IMG/VR virus record: IMGVR_UViG_3300008110_000029
Source: a virus
Taxonomy: Duplodnaviria > Heunggongvirae > Uroviricota > Caudoviricetes
DNA: 64,000 bases
Direction: 5' to 3' (one strand)
Notes under the pieces: generated by a model
The model's database searches: none
The model's input: the letters and a program-made list of their open reading frames with translations, nothing else
What the model was told of the DNA's origin: nothing
Part shown: piece after piece, positions 17,782 to 25,933 of the stretch
Position numbering within the stretch: the first letter of the stretch is position 1
Layout of the letters: each line of letters opens with the position of its first letter
Program-made: the position numbers and the translations under genes

Positions 17782-18093
17782 TTATGCCTCAAAATTTTCT
17801 ACAATCATAATACGTCCAGCCAGCAAGTCTTCTACCAGTTGCACTGCTCGCCGCTCTGTGCCGCCAATGTGCCAGTCATAGTGCCCCATGGGAGTGCCAT
17901 ACTCTTTCCAGTCGTAAATCGTTGCTACTGTGCCGTCGCTAAACTCAATGCACCACTCCTGCGTGGTCTTGTCGCCACCGCCCATCCCCTCCCCCAGCAA
18001 GTCCTGCAGCTTTGCAAAGGTGGTTCCTACATAGCCCTGCAGATGTGTGCCGTTGAACTTTTCTGCAAAGTAATCGTAAACTCGTGCTTCCAT
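17782..18093 (-). CDS. conserved phage hypothetical protein
   Basis: own promoter and RBS, DKT..EW...ATIYDWK...WHIGG. Confidence 0.8.
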   Translation of the reverse strand: MEARVYDYFAEKFNGTHLQGYVGTTFAKLQDLLGEGMGGGDKTTQEWCIEFSDGTVATIYDWKEYGTPMGHYDWHIGGTERRAVQLVEDLLAGRIMIVENFEA

Positions 18094-18166
18094 GTTGCGC
18101 TCCTAGTATGTCACTGCGTTATTGCAGTGTGTGTATAGTAACACACACTGCCCAAAATGTCAAGTG

Positions 18167-18382
18167 TTAAATTGTGCTGTACTTTCTGTATTCCTTGCCA
18201 CCCACGTTGCTGTACCACAGCCCGTTAGTTTTTTTGTAATAACCCTGCTTGTACCAGTTTTTAATCTGTGTTGCGTGTTGCTGTCTGCCCTGCTCTGCAA
18301 TAGCTTGTTCCAACGTCATTGTAGCACCTGCTGCGTCTTGTGCTGCCTGCTGTGCTTGTTGTTGTGCGTGTAGTGCTAGCAT
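18167..18382 (-). CDS. Gln/Ala-rich early protein
   Basis: own promoter and AGGAGC RBS. Confidence 0.7.
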   Translation of the reverse strand: MLALHAQQQAQQAAQDAAGATMTLEQAIAEQGRQQHATQIKNWYKQGYYKKTNGLWYSNVGGKEYRKYSTI

Positions 18383-18460
18383 AGCTTGCTCCTTAGTTGC
18401 ACTGCGTTATTGCAGTGTGTGTATATTAACACACACTGCCCAAAATGTCAACCAAAATGT

Positions 18461-18784
18461 TTATACTTCCATGCTTGCAAGTTCGTCTTCTTGCATACCC
18501 TGCTCTGTAAAGCGCACACCAAACCCTAGTGCATCACTAATAGCACTTTCAAATGCACTGTCTGTGTATATGTCCCATGTGCTGTTGTGCGTTACATTAA
18601 CCATAACGCTTACATTGTCGTCATAAGCATTTGTCACAATGCTAATGCCTGTCACACGCACTTGCCTGTCAGCCTCGCAGCCCCACAAGCCGTCGCCAGC
18701 TGTCCAAACAGTAAAGTCGCAGTCAAAGTCTTGTGCAGTGTAGTCGCCGTCAACCTCAAACCGTGTAAGTGTAAGTTTTTGCAT
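18461..18784 (-). CDS. acidic early protein
   Basis: own promoter and AGGAGC RBS. Confidence 0.8.
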   Translation of the reverse strand: MQKLTLTRFEVDGDYTAQDFDCDFTVWTAGDGLWGCEADRQVRVTGISIVTNAYDDNVSVMVNVTHNSTWDIYTDSAFESAISDALGFGVRFTEQGMQEDELASMEV

Positions 18785-18858
18785 TGTGTGCTCCTGTGTG
18801 TCACTGCGTTAGTGCAGTGTGTATATAATAGCACCAGCTGTTCAAAATGTCAACCAAA

Positions 18859-19017
18859 TTATTCTGCGTAACCGTCTTCTTCCCAGCCCTCGTAGGTGGC
18901 ATTAACTCCCGCAGAGTTTACATCAGTCATCCCAGCAATCTCGTCTGCTGCTTCTGCTGTGTCTGCTTCAACCTGTAAAGTATATGTTACAGTCTGTGTG
19001 TAATAAAATTTAGGCAT
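18859..19017 (-). CDS. small acidic protein (start MPKFYY)
   Basis: own promoter and AGGAGCG RBS. Confidence 0.75.
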   Translation of the reverse strand: MPKFYYTQTVTYTLQVEADTAEAADEIAGMTDVNSAGVNATYEGWEEDGYAE

Positions 19018-19074
19018 CTCTCGCTCCTGTAAAATTAAACAGCGTGTGTATAGTAACACACGCTGTCCAAAATA

Positions 19075-19365
19075 TCAATCTCCAGAATCAATTTGAAAAC
19101 GATCTCCACACTCACTGCAGGTGAATTCTGTCAGACACCTGCCTACATTCTTAGAAACATATTTGTGGGTGCAAGGCACTCCATCTTTGTCAAGCCGTAC
19201 TTCGCCTGTAGGCCGACCGTACATGTACTGACCACCGCAGTTCGTGCAGGGCACAGTGTCTGTGTCCTTGTCATAGCCAGCGATAACCTTCTTGTATCGC
19301 TCCATACTGATCGGCACTGCGACTCTGCCGCTACCATTACAAACTGGACAACATCCTTTTTCCAT
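19075..19365 (-). CDS. Cys-rich zinc-finger protein (DnaJ-type CxxCxGxG repeats)
   Basis: CPVCNGSG, CTNCGG and CSEC, own promoter and RBS. Confidence 0.75.
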   Translation of the reverse strand: MEKGCCPVCNGSGRVAVPISMERYKKVIAGYDKDTDTVPCTNCGGQYMYGRPTGEVRLDKDGVPCTHKYVSKNVGRCLTEFTCSECGDRFQIDSGD

Positions 19366-19426
19366 GTTTCGCTCCTAATTTCTTACTGTATGTCTAGTAT
19401 AGCACCACTCGTCCAAAATGTCAACC

Positions 19427-19459
19427 AAAATAAAAGCTGTGGCATTTCTGCCACAGCTT
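19427..19459 (-). terminator. intrinsic terminator
   Basis: 11-bp stem AAGCTGTGGCA/TGCCACAGCTT plus T-rich tail. Confidence 0.75.
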
Positions 19460-19479
19460 CCTTAGTTGCTAAATCTTAA

Positions 19480-19737
19480 TTAAAACTGTAAATTACGCCC
19501 TGTGCGCTCTCGCTTTTTACTACGCTTGTCTACTTTAACTGCAATTTTAGTCTTGCGGTAGTTAATGTGTATGCCTTGTGCGCTAAACACTTCCCCCAGC
19601 ACTAGCTTCATACGCTCTGCGCGGAGTTTTTGCTTGTCTGTATACAAGCTAGCGTTGGCAATATTGCGCATACTTGCATCCTGCGCTGCCCACCACTTAA
19701 CAGTTGCTTCTTTAGTATCCAGTTGCTTATAACGCAT
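19480..19737 (-). CDS. basic early protein
   Basis: own promoter and AGGAGCG RBS. Confidence 0.7.
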   Translation of the reverse strand: MRYKQLDTKEATVKWWAAQDASMRNIANASLYTDKQKLRAERMKLVLGEVFSAQGIHINYRKTKIAVKVDKRSKKRERTGRNLQF

Positions 19738-19802
19738 AACACGCTCCTTGGGTTACACTGCACATCGCAGTATCAATACTATAACACCAGTTGTCCAATC
19801 TG

Positions 19803-19916
19803 TCAACCAATAAAAACCCAGTAGGCAGTAAGGACAACGGCGTAGATCACAAGTGCGGGGATGACCTGTGACATTGTGTCACTAACAATCCATTCCGCGT
19901 ATTCTTTATCGTTCAT
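19803..19916 (-). CDS. 37-aa membrane peptide, absent from track
   Basis: ATGA coupling, C-terminal TM. Confidence 0.55.
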   Translation of the reverse strand: MNDKEYAEWIVSDTMSQVIPALVIYAVVLTAYWVFIG

Positions 19917-20356
19917 GTGGGGATATCTCCTGTATGTATAGATTTAAGAAATGCAGTTAGTGTCCTACTACGTCCAACCATTAACTTCACTGGCCAGTTG
20001 TAGTTGACATGATAGTCCGTAAGGGCCATGACCACACTGTGTTTGACTCCACCTTTGGGGCCAAGTACCTTTACTTCGTAGCGTTCGCGATGATTCCACG
20101 TTTCTTTCTTATTGGCTGACTTAACTTTAGTGGCAATGATAGTTTTGCCATTGTGAGTTGCTTGATACCCGCTAGAGGTAACCTCATGTGGAATCTGGTG
20201 CAGCATCTCACTGAGAGTGATCAGAGCAGCACGTTCTTGCTGCCTCTTGAGACGACCACCGATGCTGACTAGATCACTGGCTGTTAGGCCGCTGAGTAAG
20301 GCCATTGTGAGTATGCGCTCACGTGCATCTTTTTGCTGTTCAGTTAAACGTGCCAT
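19913..20356 (-). CDS. hypothetical protein
   Basis: about 147 aa, promoter at 20397-20425 inside the upstream gene. Confidence 0.7.
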   Translation of the reverse strand: MARLTEQQKDARERILTMALLSGLTASDLVSIGGRLKRQQERAALITLSEMLHQIPHEVTSSGYQATHNGKTIIATKVKSANKKETWNHRERYEVKVLGPKGGVKHSVVMALTDYHVNYNWPVKLMVGRSRTLTAFLKSIHTGDIPT

Positions 20357-20648
20357 CGTGTTCATCCAATAAACGTGTTACTACTTTGTTCTTTCTAGTA
20401 TATGTCTTTTTGACTTTCTTGTCAACCTTTTTGGTCTTAGGTTCAAATTCTCTAAAGACATAATACTCTATCAAACAGTTGCGAATCATAATCGTGAGAT
20501 CCAGGCCGCTGTTCTCAGGGACAATGAATCTGACCGGACATTTACCCCAACCTCCATATTCTAGAAAGTCGTAGTACCACTTCCTATGCTGCTTGTTAGC
20601 GGGGTCAAAGGCCACAAGCGGCCGGGCGAGGTATTCTAGTTTGCTCAT
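20340..20648 (-). CDS. conserved phage hypothetical protein
   Basis: 102 aa, coupled. Confidence 0.7.
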   Translation of the reverse strand: MSKLEYLARPLVAFDPANKQHRKWYYDFLEYGGWGKCPVRFIVPENSGLDLTIMIRNCLIEYYVFREFEPKTKKVDKKVKKTYTRKNKVVTRLLDEHDGTFN

Positions 20649-20833
20649 GCGCCCCAGAATGGACTATATGGTTCGTCACATTCTACCTTAAAGTTCAGAC
20701 CAGTATCTGAAATCAGCTGCTGTACGTGGGGCATGTCGTAGTCGTTCATGACATGAATAGTTTCGCCATTCATATAGACATCATAGATGCCCATGTCCTC
20801 AAGCGAAGATAGGATCTCTTTGGGTTTGATCAT
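20645..20833 (-). CDS. small hypothetical protein
   Basis: 62 aa, coupled. Confidence 0.6.
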   Translation of the reverse strand: MIKPKEILSSLEDMGIYDVYMNGETIHVMNDYDMPHVQQLISDTGLNFKVECDEPYSPFWGA

Positions 20834-21118
20834 TTGTACCTTTCAATGCATTCATAATTCGTAGACGATCAAGATGTTCCCTAGTCGTCATTGGTTCAAC
20901 CACCTCACGGACTGCTGCGCTAGTTGCCAACATGCCCTTGAGGAACTGTTGCATCTCCTTGGCCACCAGATGCTGCGATAAGTTGTTGCCTCCGTTGTAA
21001 AGGCAGTACAATCGCTGATAGCCAGGGCGATAACTCTCTATGTGATAGTTGGTCCCCAGGCTATCGTTCACCTGGGTAACCATCTCACGTATACCGTACT
21101 TGTTAATCCTCATGGTCA
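20799..21118 (-). CDS. hypothetical protein (start uncertain)
   Basis: trimmed from track ORF 20799..21152. Confidence 0.55.
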
Positions 21119-21237
21119 TACCAGTTGCGAGGAAGCTTGTCTTCTTGCTCATCCAAGTAGTCGTTGTACTCTTGCTCGTACTCCTGCCACTCTTCGTCCG
21201 TCATATCGTAGGTTTCAGGGTTGTTGAAGCCATCCAT
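21103..21237 (-). CDS. 44-aa highly acidic peptide, absent from track
   Basis: own promoter, AGGAG RBS, 17 D/E versus 2 K/R. Confidence 0.7.
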   Translation of the reverse strand: MDGFNNPETYDMTDEEWQEYEQEYNDYLDEQEDKLPRNWYDHED

Positions 21238-21295
21238 ATTAGTCTCCTAGACTGTGTTGAACATGATCACAGTATACGACAGAGTCACGACTCTG

Positions 21296-21439
21296 TCAAC
21301 CTATTTCACTTAGAAATCCCTGCAGCTTGTTCTCGGGAACATTGCGCAGCAGTTCTTCGATCGCAGTGAGGTCACCGCTCTCAACATCAATGAGGATCTG
21401 CTCGAGGGCAGCATCAATCAAACCTTGATCTAGTTCCAT
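21296..21439 (-). CDS. 47-aa acidic helical peptide, absent from track
   Basis: AAGGA RBS, manual translation MELDQGLIDAALEQIL... Confidence 0.65.
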   Translation of the reverse strand: MELDQGLIDAALEQILIDVESGDLTAIEELLRNVPENKLQGFLSEIG

Positions 21440-21450
21440 GATGATTCCTT

Positions 21451-21525
21451 TCAGTCTGTGTGTGGAGGAAGGTCGTAGTCCGCTGGGTCTGCGGGAAACC
21501 TAGGTATGTTGTTGGGGTCCTTCAT
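21451..21525 (-). CDS. 24-aa Pro/Asp-rich micropeptide, absent from track
   Basis: own promoter and AGGAG RBS. Confidence 0.5.
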   Translation of the reverse strand: MKDPNNIPRFPADPADYDLPPHTD

Positions 21526-21587
21526 ACAAACTCCTATGTTGTTTAGTGTTCGTATTATATGATAGAGTCACGACTCTGTCAAGAACT

Positions 21588-22160
21588 TTATTTGAAGCCC
21601 ATGACCATGTAACGGTTAAAGCCCCAGTCAGGATATTGAAATCGTTTAGTACCTGTGAACAGTTGTTCCTTCAAAGGCCATGCAGCAGCAAAAGCCTCGT
21701 CTGACTCATAGCTGGCCACGTGATCTTCATGAGGCATATCGTTCCCTTGCAGCACTGTGAATGTATTCTCAGGGATGTTGTCGAACCACTGACGTGACTC
21801 TATGTGCTCTACGCTGGTGTTGATTATAATACTAGGCTGATGTCCCAATGCCCACCAGTTGATGTTGTTGACGTCGTGCGTAACAGCTGAGAACTCTCCC
21901 TGCCAGTGCCACAGACGATTAACGTGTACCGCGATAGATTCGCATTCAGGATCTATGTCCCAACTGCGAACATGCTGGATGGGGATTCTACTTTGTGTGC
22001 GTAGGATGAAATTGGTAAGTGCATACCAGCCTGCGAAGATCTCTATCCTATGGCCCTGCAGCGGGGCCTGTATGTCATTGATGGAGAGTACCTGACTCAG
22101 CTTCTCAGCCAGCCAAATCTTACTGCCAATTTGACCGGATGAGAAGCTGTCCCAATTCAT
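21588..22160 (-). CDS. class I SAM-dependent methyltransferase-like protein
   Basis: IEIFAGWY glycine-loop variant, WDID acidic motif II, INTSVEH. Confidence 0.55.
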   Translation of the reverse strand: MNWDSFSSGQIGSKIWLAEKLSQVLSINDIQAPLQGHRIEIFAGWYALTNFILRTQSRIPIQHVRSWDIDPECESIAVHVNRLWHWQGEFSAVTHDVNNINWWALGHQPSIIINTSVEHIESRQWFDNIPENTFTVLQGNDMPHEDHVASYESDEAFAAAWPLKEQLFTGTKRFQYPDWGFNRYMVMGFK

Positions 22161-23359
22161 TAGGCCTTCTCGTCGTAGATAACAGTCTGACCAAAGGGTG
22201 CTTCGTTATTACTGCCCTTGACAATGAACAAGGTATCGCAGTAGTCTTCATCACCCCAACCACCGCAGGGGTAGCCGTCTGTAAACATAATGAACTTCTT
22301 GGGCTGGATGTCGTTCTCTTTCATAAACTGCCAGTTGGCTTCAAAGTCCGTACCACCACCGCCTTGGAGATCATAAGTCAACAGTTCGTCGCCGTTGTCC
22401 TGCGTAATCTTCTGCGGATTGTAAACGTCTGTGTCAAAGCACCAGATGTGAATGTTGTAGTCTGAATATTGATCCATGATGCCCTTGACTTCACTCAAGA
22501 ACACCTTAGCATCAGCATCGCCAATTGAACCACTCATATCCAATGCAATGGCCACGTCAATGGTCTCATCGTTCTTCATGCCTGGAAGGATAGCGCCACT
22601 GTGCATTGACTTACGATTAGGGCGAGTAAAGGAGTAGTCGTTGCGGATGATGCTTTGAATGTTCATACGGATCAACTCACGCCAGTTCATCTTAGGCTCA
22701 GTGAGGTCTTTGATCAAACGCTGAATGCCCAACGGAGTCTTACCTGCACCTGCGGCCGCGGCACTCTGAACCATAGCCTGCTTGATCTCATCGCGAATAG
22801 CCTGTGCTTCTTCTTTGGTAAGAACTGGAGCACCCTTGCCATCCTTACCATCTTTGCCTGCACCCTGACCTTCGTGCTCTTGCTCGTTGATATGCTGGTC
22901 CAACAATTCGCCCAACTGATCCAGACTAATGGTCTTGACGTTCTTCATCAGGTCGTCGTAGATCTCTTCCCAGGCCATGCCGCGATACTTGTTGTCTTGG
23001 CAAATCTTAACTTCAGTGATACGCTCGCCAATGCGGTCGTCTACAAGGATCTGGTTCACTGCGAAGTCTTGTGCGATGTTAGACATCTGACGATCACGCG
23101 AACCTACACGACCAAAGTGATCAAACACACAATGGCAAATCTCATGTGCGAACAAGAACTCTAGTTTCTTAACGCTGAGCTTCTCAACGAACTTGGTGTT
23201 GTAGTAGAAGTTGCGTCCGTCAGTTGCGGCTGTAGGGCACCAGTCGTCTGCACACTTGATCTGCATACGAGTTGCCATGTTACCAAAGAACGGTTGCTTC
23301 AGCAGAAGCCCTACACGAGCGGTAATGAGCTTTTCAACGATTGCGGGATCTTCTTTCAT
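22160..23359 (-). CDS. VWA-like domain protein with putative metallopeptidase (DUF2201-type)
   Basis: TAATDG, HEICH (HExxH), MIDAS-like DMSGS, GGGTDF, MFTDGY. Confidence 0.85.
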   Translation of the reverse strand: MKEDPAIVEKLITARVGLLLKQPFFGNMATRMQIKCADDWCPTAATDGRNFYYNTKFVEKLSVKKLEFLFAHEICHCVFDHFGRVGSRDRQMSNIAQDFAVNQILVDDRIGERITEVKICQDNKYRGMAWEEIYDDLMKNVKTISLDQLGELLDQHINEQEHEGQGAGKDGKDGKGAPVLTKEEAQAIRDEIKQAMVQSAAAAGAGKTPLGIQRLIKDLTEPKMNWRELIRMNIQSIIRNDYSFTRPNRKSMHSGAILPGMKNDETIDVAIALDMSGSIGDADAKVFLSEVKGIMDQYSDYNIHIWCFDTDVYNPQKITQDNGDELLTYDLQGGGGTDFEANWQFMKENDIQPKKFIMFTDGYPCGGWGDEDYCDTLFIVKGSNNEAPFGQTVIYDEKA

Positions 23360-23473
23360 ATGGGCTCCTTTGTCTAAGTATGTATATTATATGGCCTAGT
23401 GCCTATTCTGTCAACCAAAAAAGGTGAGTGAGGGACCCTGAACAAGTCCCCCACTCTAGCCATGGTGGAGGTC

Positions 23474-24550
23474 TTAATTCTCCATGGCCTTCAAAACATA
23501 CTTACCGTATTTCTTGTGGAACTCATCAAAGTTCTTCATCTTTGTTGCGTCCAACGGCAAGTTGTAGTTAGTAAGGGCAGTCTTAGCACCCATCACAACC
23601 AACTCTGTTGGGAAGTTATCCATCATGTAGCGGAAGAAGCAGTCCGCCTGACTGTCCCAATTAGTAGCCTTCTTGTCTGCTTGATCTTTGAGCTCGTAGC
23701 ACAAGCTCACAGTCAAGGAATACATGGCTGACACTTCCTTAATCTGCAGGTCCTTAACCTTGCCGCTAAGGATGTCGGGAGCCTTAGGCAGTTTACCAGC
23801 AATCTTACGATGTGCCATAAACTTAACAGCCAAGCCGTCACCAATAGCACCTGCAACCAAGTCAGTGAGCGTGTCAGTGTCAGTGTCATCGTCCTGCAGG
23901 AGATCGCTGACGAACACCCATGAACGAGGAGTTGCAAAAGCCTTAGAGCTGGACTTGGGATCAAAGTCATACAAGTCCTGCTTGGCAAAGCCTACATAAC
24001 CAACAACCTCAGGATGGATCTTGTTAGCAGTAGCCCACTCTTGGAAATCGTCAAAGTCAACTTTGGCTTCCAAGTGCAGGAAGCGGTTGGCCAACGGAGC
24101 AGGCATACGATAGGTAACACCCTTGTCGCCATCGCGGTTACCAGCCGCTACAATGTCCACGCCCTTGGGCAGGATGTATTGTCCTACACGACGGTTCAGA
24201 ACCAACTGGTAGGCGGCCGCTTGGACTGCGGGAGGAGCGGAGTTGAGCTCGTCCAAGAAGATGATTGCACGGCTGTCTGGGTCAGTGGGCAATTCTGCTG
24301 GGGGTGCCCAAACCATTGTGCCTTGTTCTGCGTTGTAATAAGGGATACCTTTGATGTCTGTAGGTTCCCAGAGTGGTAGACGAATATCAATTACTTCTCT
24401 CCCCTCGGAGTCGCCAATCTGCTTGACGATGTCACTCTTACCAATACCGGGCGGGCCCCACAGGAACACCGGACGGCGCTTTTGAATTGCTTTTTGAATT
24501 GCCTTCTTGGCCTTCTTAGGACCAACCTGGCGAATAGAATTATCAGACAT
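23474..24550 (-). CDS. MoxR-like AAA+ ATPase
   Basis: Walker A GPPGIGKS, Walker B IFLDELN, AAGN, PLANRF. Confidence 0.88.
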   Translation of the reverse strand: MSDNSIRQVGPKKAKKAIQKAIQKRRPVFLWGPPGIGKSDIVKQIGDSEGREVIDIRLPLWEPTDIKGIPYYNAEQGTMVWAPPAELPTDPDSRAIIFLDELNSAPPAVQAAAYQLVLNRRVGQYILPKGVDIVAAGNRDGDKGVTYRMPAPLANRFLHLEAKVDFDDFQEWATANKIHPEVVGYVGFAKQDLYDFDPKSSSKAFATPRSWVFVSDLLQDDDTDTDTLTDLVAGAIGDGLAVKFMAHRKIAGKLPKAPDILSGKVKDLQIKEVSAMYSLTVSLCYELKDQADKKATNWDSQADCFFRYMMDNFPTELVVMGAKTALTNYNLPLDATKMKNFDEFHKKYGKYVLKAMEN

Positions 24551-24619
24551 TTAAGACCTCCAAAAAAAGTGTTTTGCTACTTGCTACTGACTGTGTCGTT
24601 CAGTTCATATATTATGCGT

Positions 24620-25270
24620 TCAAACTGCTGTCTTGTCAACGACAATCTTCACATAATTCAACTGTGTTGTATTGTCGCCACGCACGTTCTTGATCTTGCC
24701 CTTGATGGTATACTCACCGCCCACAGGCAGCTCTTTGTTGAACCAGAAGTCCACGAAGCTGTTGTTCATACGAGCGGTGATATGATATTTGTTGTAGTGA
24801 ATGCTATAGCGTTGTTTGATTACCTGAATGTCACCCTCCACACGCTGACCATCAGTGCCTGTCAGCTGATCGCTTTCACGGATCTGATCCATGAGCTGCT
24901 TGTTGGCATGATCCTTGAGCATGACGTAGGGGAGGCAGCTGACCACGCTGAGCTGATAGCTGTCTTTGGCCGAATCAAACTCCTCACGCTGAGTCAGCTT
25001 GAGCGCAGTGGTCTGAAAGTCGTTGATCTTGCCACTGAGCTGCAACAGAAGGTAACCAGTGAAGTGACGGCGAACTTCGCGGCCTTCAATGATATCATTC
25101 TCAGTTACGGGATTGGGTTCTTTGCCCATCAACCAGAACTTGACCAAGACCTTGTTGCAGCGAGTCTCGATCTTCTGAGTCTCAGTGTTGTAGACGTCGC
25201 TCTTGAAGTAGCCGCCGTTGATACGGTGTGCTGCAACTGCTGTACCCCAAACAAGATCTGCTGTTAGCAT
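24620..25270 (-). CDS. conserved phage hypothetical protein (possible C-terminal OB fold)
   Basis: own promoter and AGGAGCG RBS. Confidence 0.7.
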   Translation of the reverse strand: MLTADLVWGTAVAAHRINGGYFKSDVYNTETQKIETRCNKVLVKFWLMGKEPNPVTENDIIEGREVRRHFTGYLLLQLSGKINDFQTTALKLTQREEFDSAKDSYQLSVVSCLPYVMLKDHANKQLMDQIRESDQLTGTDGQRVEGDIQVIKQRYSIHYNKYHITARMNNSFVDFWFNKELPVGGEYTIKGKIKNVRGDNTTQLNYVKIVVDKTAV

Positions 25271-25328
25271 TATCGCTCCTTGTGTCTAAGTATGTATATT
25301 ATATGACCTCTTTTGGATTTTGTCAACC

Positions 25329-25352
25329 AAAAGAAAAGCCGCACTAGGCGGC
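25329..25352 (-). terminator. intrinsic terminator
   Basis: GCCGC/GCGGC stem plus TTTTCTTTT. Confidence 0.65.
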
Positions 25353-25404
25353 TCAAAGAAATTCCCCGGGAGCGAATCGGATCTTTTACTTTGTGTAGTT
25401 CCTC

Positions 25405-25650
25405 TTAGGCGAACACGTTAGCGCGGCTACCAGTGATGTCACGAGCAGAAACGCTGTACTGAGCGCGGCCGTCTTTGTTCTTGTGCTTGCGAACAACAAG
25501 ACCTGCTTGACGGAACTCAGTCATACGAGCGCGGAGATTCTTGATACCGTAGGTGCTGTCAGCTTGCAAAGAGCTGAGGCTGTTACCTGTACCGCGGAGA
25601 TGTGACTCCAAGAATTCCTTTTGAGTAGTTTTGATAGTTGTAAATGGCAT
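25405..25650 (-). CDS. small basic winged-HTH-like protein
   Basis: AAGGA RBS, HTH-like spacing with NLRARMTEFR recognition helix. Confidence 0.6.
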   Translation of the reverse strand: MPFTTIKTTQKEFLESHLRGTGNSLSSLQADSTYGIKNLRARMTEFRQAGLVVRKHKNKDGRAQYSVSARDITGSRANVFA

Positions 25651-25742
25651 TTTAAGTTTCCTTTGTTAAATGGCTAACATTCGTTAGCGTCCTGTTATTA
25701 TGCACTCTTGACCATCCCTGATCAAGAGTGCATTTTGCCAAT

Positions 25743-25931
25743 TTACTTCTTAACAGTAATATCTGAACGAATAAACATACCAATTACCAAAACAGCCAAC
25801 CACGTCCAGAAGGTGAACGGAATGGCCAGAGTGGGGAACAGTGTGTTCAATGCCCAAATAACTGCCCAGGGGAACAGTACTATCAGAACCAATAGGGCAA
25901 TAATAAACCCTGCGACACCAAGCTTGATCAT
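25743..25931 (-). CDS. two-TM membrane protein (start MIKLGV)
   Basis: AAGGAG RBS, hydrophobic. Confidence 0.7.
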   Translation of the reverse strand: MIKLGVAGFIIALLVLIVLFPWAVIWALNTLFPTLAIPFTFWTWLAVLVIGMFIRSDITVKK

Positions 25932-25933
25932 AA

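Noticed and set aside
25699-25730. 11-bp-arm inverted repeat TGCACTCTTGA/TCAAGAGTGCA as a novel RNA
   Set aside because: Single occurrence just after a stop codon; most simply a terminator or processing stem
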